Under the pieces are notes generated by a model. It made no database searches. It saw only the letters and a list, made by a program, of their open reading frames with translations, and had not been told where the DNA came from. Below are positions 1 through 18,000 of a DNA stretch of 64,000 bases, piece by piece. The stretch lies in NCBI RefSeq assembly GCF_009914755.1, contig NC_060941.1; one strand, given 5' to 3'. Source of the stretch: the human T2T-CHM13v2.0 reference genome, Homo sapiens. Numbering within the stretch: position 1 is the first letter of the stretch; the number at the start of each line of letters is the position of its first letter. The translations under genes were made by a program, and so were the position numbers.

Positions 1-545
1 TTTCTTTAGGTCTATATGTAATGTATTAAACAAACTATACTAATTTGCATTTTTACTTCATGCTTTTTAAAATTCAGGGATATCCTCACATTTTAATTTT
101 GTTTTAAAGTTGAAGTAGAAAAGTAAATAGGGCTTTAAGGAGAAAGGGTGAACTCTAGCTCATGATGGCATGTGTAGCAAAGATGTGGGTGGGTGGCATC
201 TCCCCAGCTTTAGGGGTAAGTTGAGGCAGACTGCAGCAGTAGTCAGGCCAGATGTAAGGGTTTGGCCCGAGCTAATCTCCAGTACTTCTTGTCAATTCCA
301 GCTGCTTCAGGAGATTGTTGCCAAATATTCAGCCAGCTGAACAGGGCATGCTGTCTCCCCTGTAGTGATCTCAGAGGCAGAGCCACTCCAAGAAGGGCAG
401 TTCTGTTTCTACCACAAAGATAAGAAGTTGTCTGATCAAAGCAATTCCTTATTTTCATTTCTTGCACATAAACAAAGAAGAAAATAATCCTTCATCCAAT
501 TATCCTCCGAGCAAATCAAGAATTTTCTATGGTGTTGGGGGCTTG

Positions 546-598
<53 letters not shown>

Positions 599-601
<3 letters not shown>

Positions 602-920
602 CGGGCGCGGTGGCTCACACCTGCTGGTAATTCCAGAACTTTGGGAGGCCAAGACAGGCAGATCACTTGTCATCAGGAGTTTGAGAACAGCCTGGCCAAC
701 ATGATGAAACCCCATCTCCAATAAAAATACAAAAATTTGCTGGGTGTGGTGACATGCGCCGGTAATCTCAGCTACTTCGGAGGCTGAAGCAGGAAATTCG
801 CTTGAACTCAGGAGGTGGAGGTTGCAGTGAGCCAGTACGGTGCTACTGCACTCCAGCCTGAGCGACATAGCGAGACTCCATCCCGAGCGACATAGCGAGA
901 CTCCATCCCAAAAAATAAAA
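599..920 (+). mobile_element. Alu preceded by a 50-nt poly(A) run (549-598)
   Basis: GGCCGGGCGCGGTGGCTCAC start and dimeric structure. Confidence 0.9.
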
Positions 921-2337
921 CAAAGCGATTTTTCTCTTCTCTTCCCATCCCCTGGCATTCCATATACAGAGCATTCCATTAAGTTCATACAGTATCAAGT
1001 ATCTAGCCACCCCCTTCCCACTGGACATGTAGGTGATTCTCCCCCCGCCTTTTTTTTTTTTTTTTTTTGCTATTATAGATAAAATTGCAGCAAACACCTT
1101 CATGTATATAGCATTTTGCGTCTGTTAAAGTCAGTCTTTGGCTGAATCAAAGGGTGCTTTTTTTGTCTTCCAAAGCTTCTGCTTCTGTGTGCCAGTGGTT
1201 TGCAAAGATGGAATGACTGACAGTCAGTCTCACAGAAGTTATAATTCCCTGTATGTTTCTGTTGGACAGACTTAGTCATCAACTTAGAAATTCACTTTTA
1301 AAAAAAGCATCACACACAGCAGCAGTTTTCCTATTTTAAGTGAGATAATTTTGAGAAAACTAAGTGGGAGGTAGTCCATGAGATATTCTGTACCACTGAT
1401 GAGACAAGGAAGCTTAAACTACTGGCTCATCAGGCATCAGTGACAGCATCTGTTCTTTGGATATGACATTTTATAATAAGGAGTGGAGCAGGTGCTGGAG
1501 GATTAGTATACAATAAATACATCTTCTCTAAGAACTTTAAAGACGGGAAGTTTTTCTCCGCCTAGAGAATAATCTGAAATCAGAAGAGATGGATTTCTGA
1601 GAAAGATTTCTCCTAGCCCTGTTCCTATCTGGAGAAAACCAGCTGGTGGGTCTAAGAGTAAGAGGAGCAACCATGCCAGGGAGCACCCTGACTCTGGGGC
1701 AAATGTGAGCATTAGAGGTAGGCACATCCTGGCTCATAATCACCCTGTCAGACACAGAGTGCCCTCCACTCAAAACACTCAAGCAGAGAGTAGCCATCCA
1801 GGGTGTTTCAAAAGGAAGTTCCTTTATCCTGGGAGGCTGAGCCGGATTACATCTCTTCCAACTCTAAGATTGTCTTCCCTCGCCCAGAACAAACAGGATG
1901 AAGTACAACTCTCAACTGTCTCCAAGAGTTGTTTTCTCTTCCAAGCACCATACATTCATTCAACAAAACATTTATTCAGTGAGCACCTATGTGTCAAGCA
2001 CTGTGCCAGGGTAGAGCATAAGTGTACAACACAAAATAAAATCTCCAAAGGAAATGGATTTAAACTTTTTAACAAAAGGAATTTGGGTCAGGCATCAGAG
2101 GAAACTTACTGACCGTGAGGGGCGTTAGACACAGGCATGGGAGACTGAGGGAGCTTGTGCAATCTCCTCCGCTGGAGGTCTATAAAGATAGTCTAGGGCT
2201 GGAACAATCCCACCTAGAGGCAGGGGGAAGGACCAAATGACCTCACAACATCTCTGGGTCTGCTTCGTCATCCACAAGGCAATTCCCCTGAGGCCAGCGG
2301 CAACTCCCTCTTCCCCCTACCCATCAGAGGCACTTAC

Positions 2338-2429
2338 CACTGAGCTCTTCTCAAGTAGGCTTTTATGTAAGTGTCATCAAGCTTCACTGCATTTGTGCAG
2401 TCTTCTATTGCATCATCTAGTTTCCTAAG
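2338..2429 (-). CDS. DNAJC7: DNAJC7 coding exon 9 ([34 protein letters not shown]); gene continues left of the window
   Basis: 92 nt, ...cctgaag acceptor and TG|GTAAGT donor; in frame with exon 8. Confidence 0.93.
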
Positions 2430-3250
2430 CTTCAGGAGAGAGAGAGCAATCATACTTCACACCTTTGGTGACTGAGGGAGCCCAGAAGCTGTGAGCATGG
2501 CTTCAAAACTCTAAGAGGATCAGTCATGCTGGCCCCTTAAATGTCATATTAAGTTCTAGTTCTTTGTCACCAGGGCTATGGACAGCAACTTCAAAATTGA
2601 TTTCTCTTGTATATGATACAAGCCAGGCACATCTGTCTTCAAGGATAAACTACCTTTACCATTCCATGTTAGTGCCCAATGAAAACATGAAAATAGTAAG
2701 GCTGGTTCCTGCCCTCCTTTTTTCCAGAGGTCACCTGCAGGGATCAGAAATCACTCTGATTTTTAACTGCTAGAATTCTGCAAGGGCAAGGAGTCTACTT
2801 TTTGTTTCTGATGTTGGGTAGGGCCACAAAAGCACTCAGGCCATTTTCAACCATGCATGGTGACCATCAATTACACTGGAGAAAAACAAGCTTGCCTCAT
2901 ACTCTTCCTCCAAATCACTCCTAAAAAATAAATGATCACTTGCATAAGCAAAACAACAAAAAAGCAACAGTAGGTGCTTAAGATTATCCCACAGACCCTA
3001 GCCATTCTCTTACTGGAGGAAAGGGACCTTAATGAACAGGTGAGAATATCCTTGCAAATTGTCCAACTGCCCTCAAATTCCATAGAGATGACAAAAGCTT
3101 GCCTCTTGGAAGGGAGTTCCTAACAAACTATTAACCATAACAACTTTCCCTCTTTCATCTTGCTTACCCTCACTAGGCAGATTTCCCAAGACCCTTTGAT
3201 GTCCCTTAAAAATATTTCTATAGGCCCCAAGATCTAGATCAAGAGCTTAC

Positions 3251-3415
3251 CTTGGAATTAACCGTACCCCGATTACAGTAGAGTTTAGCATTTGTTTTTA
3301 TATTGTTGGGGTCTATCCCCAGGGCTTCTGTGTACAGTTCATATGCTAGTTTGTAATTTCCTTCCTTAAATGCTTTATTCCCATCTTCTTTCTTTGCTTT
3401 GAGTGCTTTGGCATT
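3251..3415 (-). CDS. DNAJC7: DNAJC7 exon 8 ([55 protein letters not shown])
   Basis: 165 nt, AG/GT flanked, TPR repeat sequence. Confidence 0.95.
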
Positions 3416-3922
3416 CTACAGAAAAAAGCAAGGGGAGGATCGGTTCATATCCACAAAGCCTCAGACCATTGCACAGAGAGGCCAGACTCTATTTTCAAGT
3501 TCTTTGCTTCCAGCAGTTCAGCATCACAGAGCCCCGCCAACCCCCAATCTGGGCTATCTGTTGCTCATTTGAGCTTCCTACAGAGTGGACAGGAAAAGAG
3601 TTACCAAAAATACCAATGAGACCTATGTTACTGGGTCTGCCTTCACTTCTCAGGACAAGTATTACTATCTATCTTCACTGAGGGGAAAAACAAAACAAAA
3701 AAACCCTCTTAGATATTAAAGGCATCCGACCCTATATGATCACATCTACCTTTAGGTAAATACAAGTAGTCCTGAAACCATTTCTAATAAAGACCAAGCA
3801 TCCTTGCAAAGCAGGAGGAAAAGCTATCACATTCCTTGTGATTCTAAAACCTTCCACTCTAGCCATCTTAAAGGTCCCAAAAGGAAGCTCTTTCCCAGTT
3901 AGGTCTGGTGACTAGAACTTAC

Positions 3923-4076
3923 TCTGCAGGCAATGCAGGCCTTCTCGTGGTCAGGAGCCATCCTGAGAGCCTGTACGAAAAACTGAACTGCCTTCTCAAT
4001 ACAATCTTCGTAATAAAGGCAAAGACCTCGTACATACAGAGCATCTGCATTGGTGGAATCCATTCGTAGAATGTCA
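3923..4076 (-). CDS. DNAJC7: DNAJC7 exon 7 ([51 protein letters not shown])
   Basis: 154 nt, AG/GT flanked, matches ORF 3899..4099. Confidence 0.95.
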
Positions 4077-4295
4077 CTGCAATAGTCAGAAAAGGGCACA
4101 TTGAGCTGTGCTTTAGAATGTCCCCACCATTACTACCATTTGTGGCCAGTTTTCCTCCTTGACCATGTGTCTAGCATTCAAAATATCCAAAGGTAGACAG
4201 ATTCCCAAGAACTGTTCCCAAACTTTCCCCAAATAAACCACCTATAATTATCTTTAATACACATCTTGTGTCTTACAATCCTTATTAAACTAGAA

Positions 4296-4508
4296 CAGGG
4301 TTTGGCAAACTACAGCCCACAGGGCCAAATCCTTTCTGCCACTGGTTTTTGTAAATAAAACACTATTCAAACAGCCACACCCATTGGTTCATCTATTATC
4401 TAGGGCAACCTTTGCACTGCAATGGCAGAGTTGAGTTAGTTGCAACAGAGACCCTGTGGCCTGCAAAGGCTAAAATCTGGCCCTTTGCAGAAAGTGTGCC
4501 AACCAGTG
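4296..4508 (+). mobile_element. MER58A-like hAT-Charlie MITE
   Basis: CAGGGTTTGGCAAACTACAGCCC...TGCAACAGAGACC...TGGCCCTTTGCAGAAA consensus features. Confidence 0.75.
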
Positions 4509-4782
4509 GAGTAGAAGGAAAAGGACTACCTTAAACAAACAAACAAAACCACAAAAACACAATCTGTTCTTTCATATATAGCTCAAGTACCTGCTATACT
4601 ACTATACTCCTGTATACCCTACGGGTTTTCAAAGCTGGTCTAATCTTTGACTTTAAGTCCCAAGAGGGTCTGATCAGCCCTAGCTGGCCTACTCTGGGGA
4701 CCATATCCTGTGGTGAAGCTGCCGGACACCATCAGTCCAATGGTATCTGGCATTTTAATGTCCAGCTAGCCTGACTGCATAC

Positions 4783-4901
4783 CTAGCCACAGACTGTGCT
4801 TCTGGATAACGACCCAGCATTGCTAAACATTCTGCCTTGAGGATTTTGAAGCGATGGCAGGCAGGGGCAAATTCTAGGGCACGGTCCATGCAGAAAACAA
4901 C
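4783..4901 (-). CDS. DNAJC7: DNAJC7 exon 6 ([39 protein letters not shown])
   Basis: 119 nt, AG/GT flanked, phases consistent with neighbouring exons. Confidence 0.95.
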
Positions 4902-5149
4902 CTGTAGGGAAGAAGAAAACAAATAAGGCTCTTCATCAGGGACTCCAGAAACATCTTCACTTTAGTTTAGTCACAGGTAACAGACTCAAAACTCAATGAG
5001 GTCTTTGGGTCCACTTCTAAGTAATATCAAAGTTTAAAAACATACCTAATTCATTAAATAAAAGCACTGAAATGAGGACAGCAAAGGCTCCAGATGATAA
5101 TGAGGACAGTAAACATTTACTGGGTACTTTCATATATGAACCCATTTAA

Positions 5150-9065
<3,916 letters not shown>

Positions 9066-9389
9066 GATTATCCAAACCTAATATTTAATTCCAGCGGGCT
9101 TTCCCTTTATTAAGAAGTACACTATTAGACCAGTGCTTTACATCAACAATAGAAACAAACTCAAGTGGCACACTCATTTTACCTTTTATCATAGGGCCAA
9201 ATATAATTAAGAAAATAAGTACCTTAGCACAAAACATTTTTAAGAGGAAAAGTCAGAAGCCTAATTTAAGTGATAATTTACTATTCTAGAGCTTTTGTGC
9301 CATACTACTCCTCTTAATTATCACACACACACACGAATGGGAATTTTGCGACAAAGAGCAGATGAGATTATCTCATGGTTGTACTGTAC

Positions 9390-9464
9390 CTTCCGAAAAT
9401 CTCGCTTCTCAAAATCTGTTTCTGCTATTTTCTCATATTCCATGACTGCATTAGCATTCTTGAA
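9390..9464 (-). CDS. DNAJC7: DNAJC7 exon 5 ([25 protein letters not shown])
   Basis: 75 nt, cag|TTC acceptor, AAG|GTACAG donor. Confidence 0.95.
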
Positions 9465-9608
9465 CTGCACCAGAAAATCAGACATAGGAAAGTTTTAATG
9501 AAGCTGTAGATTAAACAACCACAAAAAAATTAACAAGGCCTTGATGAATTTGAATTCAGTAAATATACCACACTGCCTCTTTTGATAGAGATAGGGTCGA
9601 ATGCATAC

Positions 9609-9722
9609 CTCCTGTTGTGAATGGCCATTTTTATGATCCAGTTCTAGGGCTCTCTGGCAACTGCGACAGGCTGCCATGGCATTCCCTAGAGAGAGGTGGT
9701 ACTCGACCTCTCATAGAAGTCC
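9609..9722 (-). pseudogene. Degenerate duplicate of DNAJC7 exon 4 ([37 protein letters not shown]) with intact AG/GT
   Basis: 100/114 nt identical to 10831-10944 by hand alignment, no indels, CGA>TGA at codon 4; homology continues 48 nt into the downstream intron. Confidence 0.92.
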
Positions 9723-9962
9723 CTAGGAGATTTTCTTTCAAGAAAATCAGAACCACAGACATTTCACAAATCAAATTGATGAAGATACAGTCAAGACTTC
9801 TTAACAGAAGGGCTAGACCCAATCTTCACCCTCAGTTTGAACTTCAAGTCAGGAACACAAGTGTTATGCTTGATATACATGAAATAAAGGCAATGCATTG
9901 CCAGGGATTGAGCATATGTTTTGAGATTCTCACTGAAATGCATCTAGGGTAAACTGTATATA

Positions 9963-10260
9963 CAGTCATACACTCTGGTCAACAATGAACTGTATATATG
10001 GCAGTGCTCCTGTAAAATTGTAATACCGTATTTTTACTGTACCTTTTCTGTTTAGATACACAAATACCACTGTGTTATAGCTGCCTACAATATTCAGGAC
10101 AGTAACACGCTATACAGGTTTTAGTCCAGAAGCCACTGCCATATAGCCTAGGTGTGTAGCAGGCTATGCCACCCAGGTTTGTGTAAGTATACTTTATGAT
10201 TCTGCACAATGACAAAATCACCTAACAAAATGTATGCCTGTCATTAAGCGACACATACTA
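9963..10260. mobile_element. Tigger3a/MER7-like Tc1-mariner MITE between exon 4 and its duplicate
   Basis: TA-flanked CAGTCAT... end; CCATATAGCCTAGGTGTGTAGCAGGCTAT core. Confidence 0.7.
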
Positions 10261-10830
10261 TATATGGAGATGGAACTAAAACATGTTTTAGCTGCTACCA
10301 ATTTAATCAAGGCTTGAATTTACTCAAATTCTTTTTTATTTTTTTGAGACAGGTTCTTGCTCTGTTGCCCGGGCTATAGTGCAGTGGTGCGATCACGGCT
10401 CAGCCTCAACCTCCTGAGCACAAGCAATCCTCCCACCTGAGCCTCCTGAGTGGCTGGGAGCACAGGTAGGTGCATGGCACCAGGCCTGGCTAATGTAAAA
10501 AATTTTTTTGTGGAGACAGGGTCTCACTAAGTCCCAAACTCTTAAATTCTTTAACCTCACTCAAATCAGTCCCTGGAAGCATTTGCCTATTCCCCAGCTA
10601 TCTCAGAAACACTTCAATTTTCACAGATTTTTAAAAGCTGTCAATCATATTCAAAACTCATTTTACAGATTAGGAAGCTGAGGCTTAGAGAGGCTATGAA
10701 ACTCGCCTAAAGTCACCCAGGTGTGCTGATGGCAGAAGTGAGACTAGACCTCAGTTCCGACTTTCAAGTAGCCACTCCTCCCAAATATACCATACTGCCT
10801 CTTTTGACAGAAACAGGATCAGACCCGTAC

Positions 10831-10944
10831 CTCTTGTTGTGCCTGAGCATTTTTATGATCCAGTTCTAGGGCTCTCTGGAAGCTGCGACATGCTGCCATG
10901 GCATTCCCCAGAGAGAGGTGGCACTTGCCCTCTCGTAGATGTCC
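10831..10944 (-). CDS. DNAJC7: DNAJC7 exon 4 ([38 protein letters not shown])
   Basis: 114 nt, phase 0/0, strong polypyrimidine tract, GAG|GTACGG donor. Confidence 0.95.
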
Positions 10945-11116
10945 CTAAAAGAACACCAAGAGGGAAGAAAAGAAGCATGATTGGCCAAGTGGAAAGAAAT
11001 CAACAGCAGCAACAGACACCCACACAAAACCAACACAGAGGCCAGGCGCGGTGACTCACACCTGTAATCCCAGCACTTTGGGAAGCTGAGGCGGGCAGAT
11101 CACTCACTTGGGGTCA

Positions 11117-11350
<234 letters not shown>

Positions 11351-11356
11351 CTACAG

Positions 11357-11572
11357 CAGTAGTTCTCAACCTGGGCAATGTGCCCTCCAGGGGACATTTA
11401 GCAATGTTAAGAGACATTTTTGGTTGTTACAACTGGGCAGAGGGGGTGCTACTCATACTCAGTGATTAAAAGTCAGAGATGCTGCTAAACAACCCACAGT
11501 GCACAGTAAAGTCCCCCACAACAAAGAATAATCTGGTCCCAAATGTCAGTAGTGTCAAGGTTGAGAAATACG
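11357..11572 (+). mobile_element. MER20 hAT-Charlie element
   Basis: CAGTAGTTCTCAACC...GGGACATTT...GGTTGAGAAA consensus features. Confidence 0.85.
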
Positions 11573-11634
11573 GGGCTAGAGAAACTCAACTGTAGCAACC
11601 CAGCCTTCCCCAAACAGCCCCATTACATACATAC

Positions 11635-11759
11635 CCGGACAAAACTGTCATCCAACCTCACTGACTGTTGTGCATCTCCAAGAGCTTCCCGGAACCTTCC
11701 AAGCATCATCAAGGTGGCTGCTCGATTACCATAATAGCTAGCATTTTTAGGACACATAT
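11635..11759 (-). CDS. DNAJC7: DNAJC7 exon 3 ([41 protein letters not shown])
   Basis: 125 nt, AG/GT flanked, matches ORF 11623..11889. Confidence 0.95.
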
Positions 11760-12343
11760 CTATAGGAAAGGCAGAAGAACGTAAAACAAAGTTTAGAACA
11801 GGTCCCTGCTTTGAAAACTTAGAGGGGGCTGGGCGCAGTGGCTCATGCCCATAATCCCAGTACTTTGGGAGGCCAAGAGGGGAGACCACTTGAGGTCAGG
11901 AGTTCAAGACCAGCCTAGTCAACATGGCACAACCCCATCTCTACTAAAATACAAAAAAAAAAAAAAAATAGCTGGGCGTGGTGGTGGGCCCCTGTAATTC
12001 CAGCTACTCAGGAGGCTGAAGCATAAGAATTGCTTGAATCTGGGAAGTGGAGGTTGCAGTGACCCAAGAGCACATCACTGCACTCCAGCCTGGGCGACAG
12101 AGGAAGACCCTGTCTCAAAAAACAAACAAACAAATAAACAAAAACTTAGAGGGCATCTCCCTCCAAACAATGTTAAGGGAATCTATCTGTAACGCTCATA
12201 AACTCTTTTTTCTTCATGGATACAGGGTCTCACTCTGTTGCACAGGCTACAGTGCTGTGGTGCTATCTCGGCTCACTGTAACCTCTGCCTCCTGGGTTCA
12301 AGTGATTCTTGTGCCTTAGCCTCCCAAGCAGCCAAGCAGCTAG

Positions 12344-12565
<222 letters not shown>

Positions 12566-13422
12566 TGAGATGGGGTTTTGCCGCGTTGGCCAGGCTGGTC
12601 TTGAACTCCTGGCCTCAAGTGATCCATCTGCCTCAGCCTCCAAAAGCGTTGGGATTACAGGAGTGAGCTATTGCACCCAGCCCTGACACACTCTCTTTAG
12701 AATGCCACAGCCAGCACAGTGGCTCACACCTATAATCTCAGCACTTTGGGAGGCCGAGGTGGGCAGATCACTTGGGGCCAGGAGTTTTGAGACCAGCCTG
12801 GCCAACATGGCAAAACGCTGTCTCTGCTAAAATACAAATAAATTAGCCAAGCATGGTGGCACACACCTGCAATCCCAGCTACTCAGGTGGCTAAGGCATG
12901 AAAATCGCTTGAAACTAGGAGGTGAAGGTTGCAATAAGCCAAGATTGTGCCACTACACTCCAGCCTGGGTGACAGTGACACTGTCTCAACAATAAATAAA
13001 TAGGCTGCATCCAAATTTCTGACTGCTTGTGCAAATGGACAGCAGCAAGGATACAATCAGTTTTAAAACAAAACAAGGTATGGCTTTGAAGTGTAGTGAT
13101 TATCTTTTGAGGAGAGAGGCAGCTTATTAATCTTAATGAACTGTTTTGTATAATGAGACATTAAAATGAAATGTGCATGTTGAGCTGGGGTAAGCAAATT
13201 AGGTGAGAAGAATGCTGACACGGGATTAAAGTATGCTGGCAAATTAAGCATGGAGATAACTAAGACTTCTTTTATGTACAAAGGCCATTTTCTAAGGTAG
13301 TAAATGAATTGACAATGACTGAAATGTATTTAGGTGGGTTTTGCCATAACATTCAGTATTTCTGGAATTGCCTTTAATTTATCAAAAGAAAAACTACCCA
13401 CCCCAGTTAGAAGAAGTTATCA

Positions 13423-13560
<138 letters not shown>

Positions 13561-13621
13561 TTAAAAAAAAAGAAAAGAAAAAGAAAAAAGTTATCATTCA
13601 TGAGTTTGTTTTTTTTTTTGA

Positions 13622-13813
<192 letters not shown>

Positions 13814-14059
13814 TGAAATGAAATGTGCATGTTGAGTTGGGGTAAGCAAATTAGGGGAGAAGAACTCCTGACCTCAGGTGATCCGCCCGCCTCGGCCTCC
13901 CAAAATGCTGGGATTACAGGCATGAGTCACCACGCCTGGCCTTCATGAGATCATTAAGCCTGAAGGAGTTCATACAGTAACAGTTATCAACCCATTGGGC
14001 AAAAGGCTACTTCTCAGAGAGAAGCTACTTTTCTCAATTTTTTTTAATTTAATTTTTGA

Positions 14060-14242
<183 letters not shown>

Positions 14243-14363
14243 TAGCCAGGCTGGTCTCAAACTCCTGACTTTAGGTGATCTGCCTGCCTTGGCCTTCCAA
14301 AGTGCTGGGATTATAGGCGTGAGCCACTGAGCCTGGCCTATTTTTTTTATCTTTTTGAGATGA

Positions 14364-14570
<207 letters not shown>

Positions 14571-14663
14571 TAAAGTGATCCGCCTGCTTTGGCCTCCCAA
14601 AGTGCTGGGATTACAGGCATGAGCCACTGAGCCTGGCCTATTTTTTTTATCTTTTTGAGATGA

Positions 14664-14870
<207 letters not shown>

Positions 14871-15000
14871 TAAAGTGATCCTCCTGCTTTGGCCTCCCAA
14901 AGTGCTGGGATTACAGGCGTGAGCCACCAGGACTGGCAGCTACTTTTAATAATATTTGGCAAGTAAATGTTTTCTAGCGTAAGTATCAGTTCTTTCTCAC

Positions 15001-15089
15001 CTATGGCTTTTGTATAATAATTATAAGCTTCATTGTAATCTTTCTTGGCATAGTATGCATTTCCTTGTTCCTTGAAAGTCTCTGCTTCC
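15001..15089 (-). CDS. DNAJC7: DNAJC7 exon 2 ([29 protein letters not shown])
   Basis: 89 nt, first TPR with carboxylate-clamp K/N residues; G|GTGAGA donor. Confidence 0.95.
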
Positions 15090-18000
15090 CTGAAAATGAA
15101 AGAGAAAGAGAATCATGTTACTTTACAAAGGGAATAACCTCTGTAATCTTACAGGAGGAATCTTTGGTCTAGAGCCCGCAGCACACTGAGCTGAAAGTTA
15201 GTGTGATACTTGAAGGATTTATAGATTTGTTGAATAGGCCAATGGACCAAAAGGAGGTGCTAATGAAAGAATCCAAGTTCTTCAGATGCTCCTTTTTGTC
15301 ACTTAGATACATTCAAACTAAATCAAGAAAACCCCTCTTATGTTCCTGCCTCACCTCACTATTTCTGCCTGTAGTCATCCTCCCCGCAGGACAAATTTAG
15401 ACATTCCCTCATGGCAAGGAATTTTTCTATCTCCTTCCACAGTGTCACAACTGCTGCCTCTTTTGCAAACTTACAGGAAAAATGGTTACTCCATTCAGGG
15501 CAACTTATTTCTCAATGTGAAATAGGTCACATCCTCAAGAGTTTTAATAATTTCACCTCCTGAAAAGTGGCTCATGCATTTGTCACTGGAAGAACAAGCA
15601 GAGCAAAGGCAGGTGGCAAAAGAGTTAAAAGCATAGCATGTTGGTGTTTAAGACAGGAACAGAGCTGAGTGACAGCAGAGACTAAGACCGTGGATGACAG
15701 GGACATATGAGGTACAGGATGCCAGTGCCATACTATAAGGAGCACCCATCCACTGGTGTTCCCTCTTCCCATCACAACAATGTAGGTACTTGCTGCCCTC
15801 TTTGTACTCCCTCCAGTACCTTATATATTCAGCAACTGGGTGATAGCAGTATTTTTTCCCTACCTCTAAGATCTATTTTTTGAAACTGTGCCATTAGACA
15901 AAGTATACTTTCCTAAACTTTGTCCTAAAGGAACAATGTTATATAATTGGGAATTAGATTCCCGAGCAAGTACCTAGAATCAAATCAGACATGACCAACA
16001 GTGTTTTAAAAGAACTAGTAACCTCTATCAAGATACTCAAAATCATTCCACTGCTCAAGTGATAAAGATAATTCTTTACTGAAATGATTACTGCAACATT
16101 AACTAAGTACCTGATCATTTTTGTTATGAGAAACATCTTTCTTTTCCTGTTGTTCACATGCAAAAAAGAACCTAGTTCGGGGTTGTCTGAAGTTGAGGCA
16201 AAAGTCCTAGTTCTTAAACCTTGGTGATGGTACAGCAATTTACAGCTTGAGTCTACGGATATCTGCATTAGGGAGATTTGTGATTTACTTAAGTATTTTA
16301 AACTACAAACTGGTAAAGTCGCCCTCCTTTTATTGAGGTGATCCTCCCTCTCCATTCTTCTCCATCACTGTCCTGGCAAGCCCTACTAATATGAAAAGGC
16401 TGCTAGAAGGAGAAGGCAAATGGGAATGACCTATAAATGCTGACAGCTGTGAAATGTGATGGATATAAATCTGCTTGAGTAACTGTCTATACCAACTATC
16501 ACAATGCTGAAAAGAGGCCTTCTGCTATGAAAAATCTTCAAGAAAGATCCCCCAATTGCAAGATTTAAAGAACCAACTGAAATCTTGCTACATGGTATTC
16601 ACCATCCTGTAACTCTAAATTAAGCAAAGTGCTTATAAAAACTCTCAGGAGCCTATCCTTTAAGAGCAGACATGCCAAGGGATTTGAACAAAGGACTTCC
16701 CCAAAACTGGATTTCGATTAGTCAAACTGCTGTGAAGAAATGGAGTAGCAAATTCCAAAGTAAGACATTAGGCCCAAACTCCATCAGAGAAGATCTAGCC
16801 TCTTCTTCAGTTGGCTAGTGGCTAAGAATATACAAATCTTTGAGGAAAACGAAGACATCTAGGTACCTGGGGAGACACTGTGTCAGCAGTATAAAGCTTG
16901 TTAGTCGAAAGTGAAATAATGTACAGGGCTGCTGAAAGGTGCCCCTAGTCTCCTCCTTCCTAAGACACTACCCCTATGGAGGTCGGGGAGTTCAGGACTG
17001 GCTTCTAGAAAAAATGCAAAGGATGATTTTGGTGGACAGTTACTAATAACTACTGAGGCCAGGTACTTTCCATACAGTATCCTCTATAAAACACAGTCCG
17101 GTGAACTTCATTATTCCCATTTTTCAAAAGAGGAAATAAGGCCTGGGGGTTAAATAACTTGCCTGAGGTCAGGATGTTACCCATGTTTGTCAGAATACAA
17201 AGCTTGTGCACTTTCTACTATGCCAAGCTTTCTCTCTAATGCTTGCCTCCGCTTACTGCTAACTATTTTGAAAATTAATCTGTACTACGAGGAGTAAGAC
17301 ATGGACAATATATGTAAGACATGGACAATACATATAAATTTGTTTAAACTAAGACACACAGTACACCCCACATGTAATATTCAACCCCAGAACCAAAATC
17401 GGTATTTAAATAAGCTAAATGACATTCCTAACAATTAGTCATAGAGGAAGCAGGGCTCCTTTCTCTTTAAGATGCAAGACCTAGTGAACTGGACTTTGCC
17501 TCCCCAAAGAAATGCATTTCATTTTAGTAAATGGTGAGTAGATTCCATTCTAGAGCAAACAAAGCAAGTAATGTAGAGTCAGCCCACAGCAAAAAGAACA
17601 AGAAGAATTGTGTTGTGACAAGTTGCCATGTTTTTAACCTCACACTGCACAGCATCAGGCCAGAATTAGCTATTCCCACACAACTGCCTCATGAAAAGGA
17701 CTTATTTTCATAGAAACGTGGCTGATTAACAGCTGCCTAAACAATGGGCACTTAGTGCTTTTAGACTGAACGCTTATTTTTTGCCTTCAGGTCCAATGCC
17801 CAAAGTGGACTGGAGTCCCTCCTTCATTTTGAACCTCCCCACCAAATACACAACAAGCTTTAACCAGTGGGCCTGACCCTGCGAGACCAGTCGAGGAAAG
17901 AGTGGATCTTTGGAATCCAGCATGGCAGCAGCAAGAACTGAACAAGGCTGCATCAGGAACAATTCCAGTGTCAAATCCATTCAAGTCCTGCCCTGGAAGT

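Noticed and set aside
9495-9677. 60-aa [14 protein letters not shown]... as an independent small gene
   Set aside because: It is the post-stop part of the duplicated exon running into intron, with no promoter evidence.
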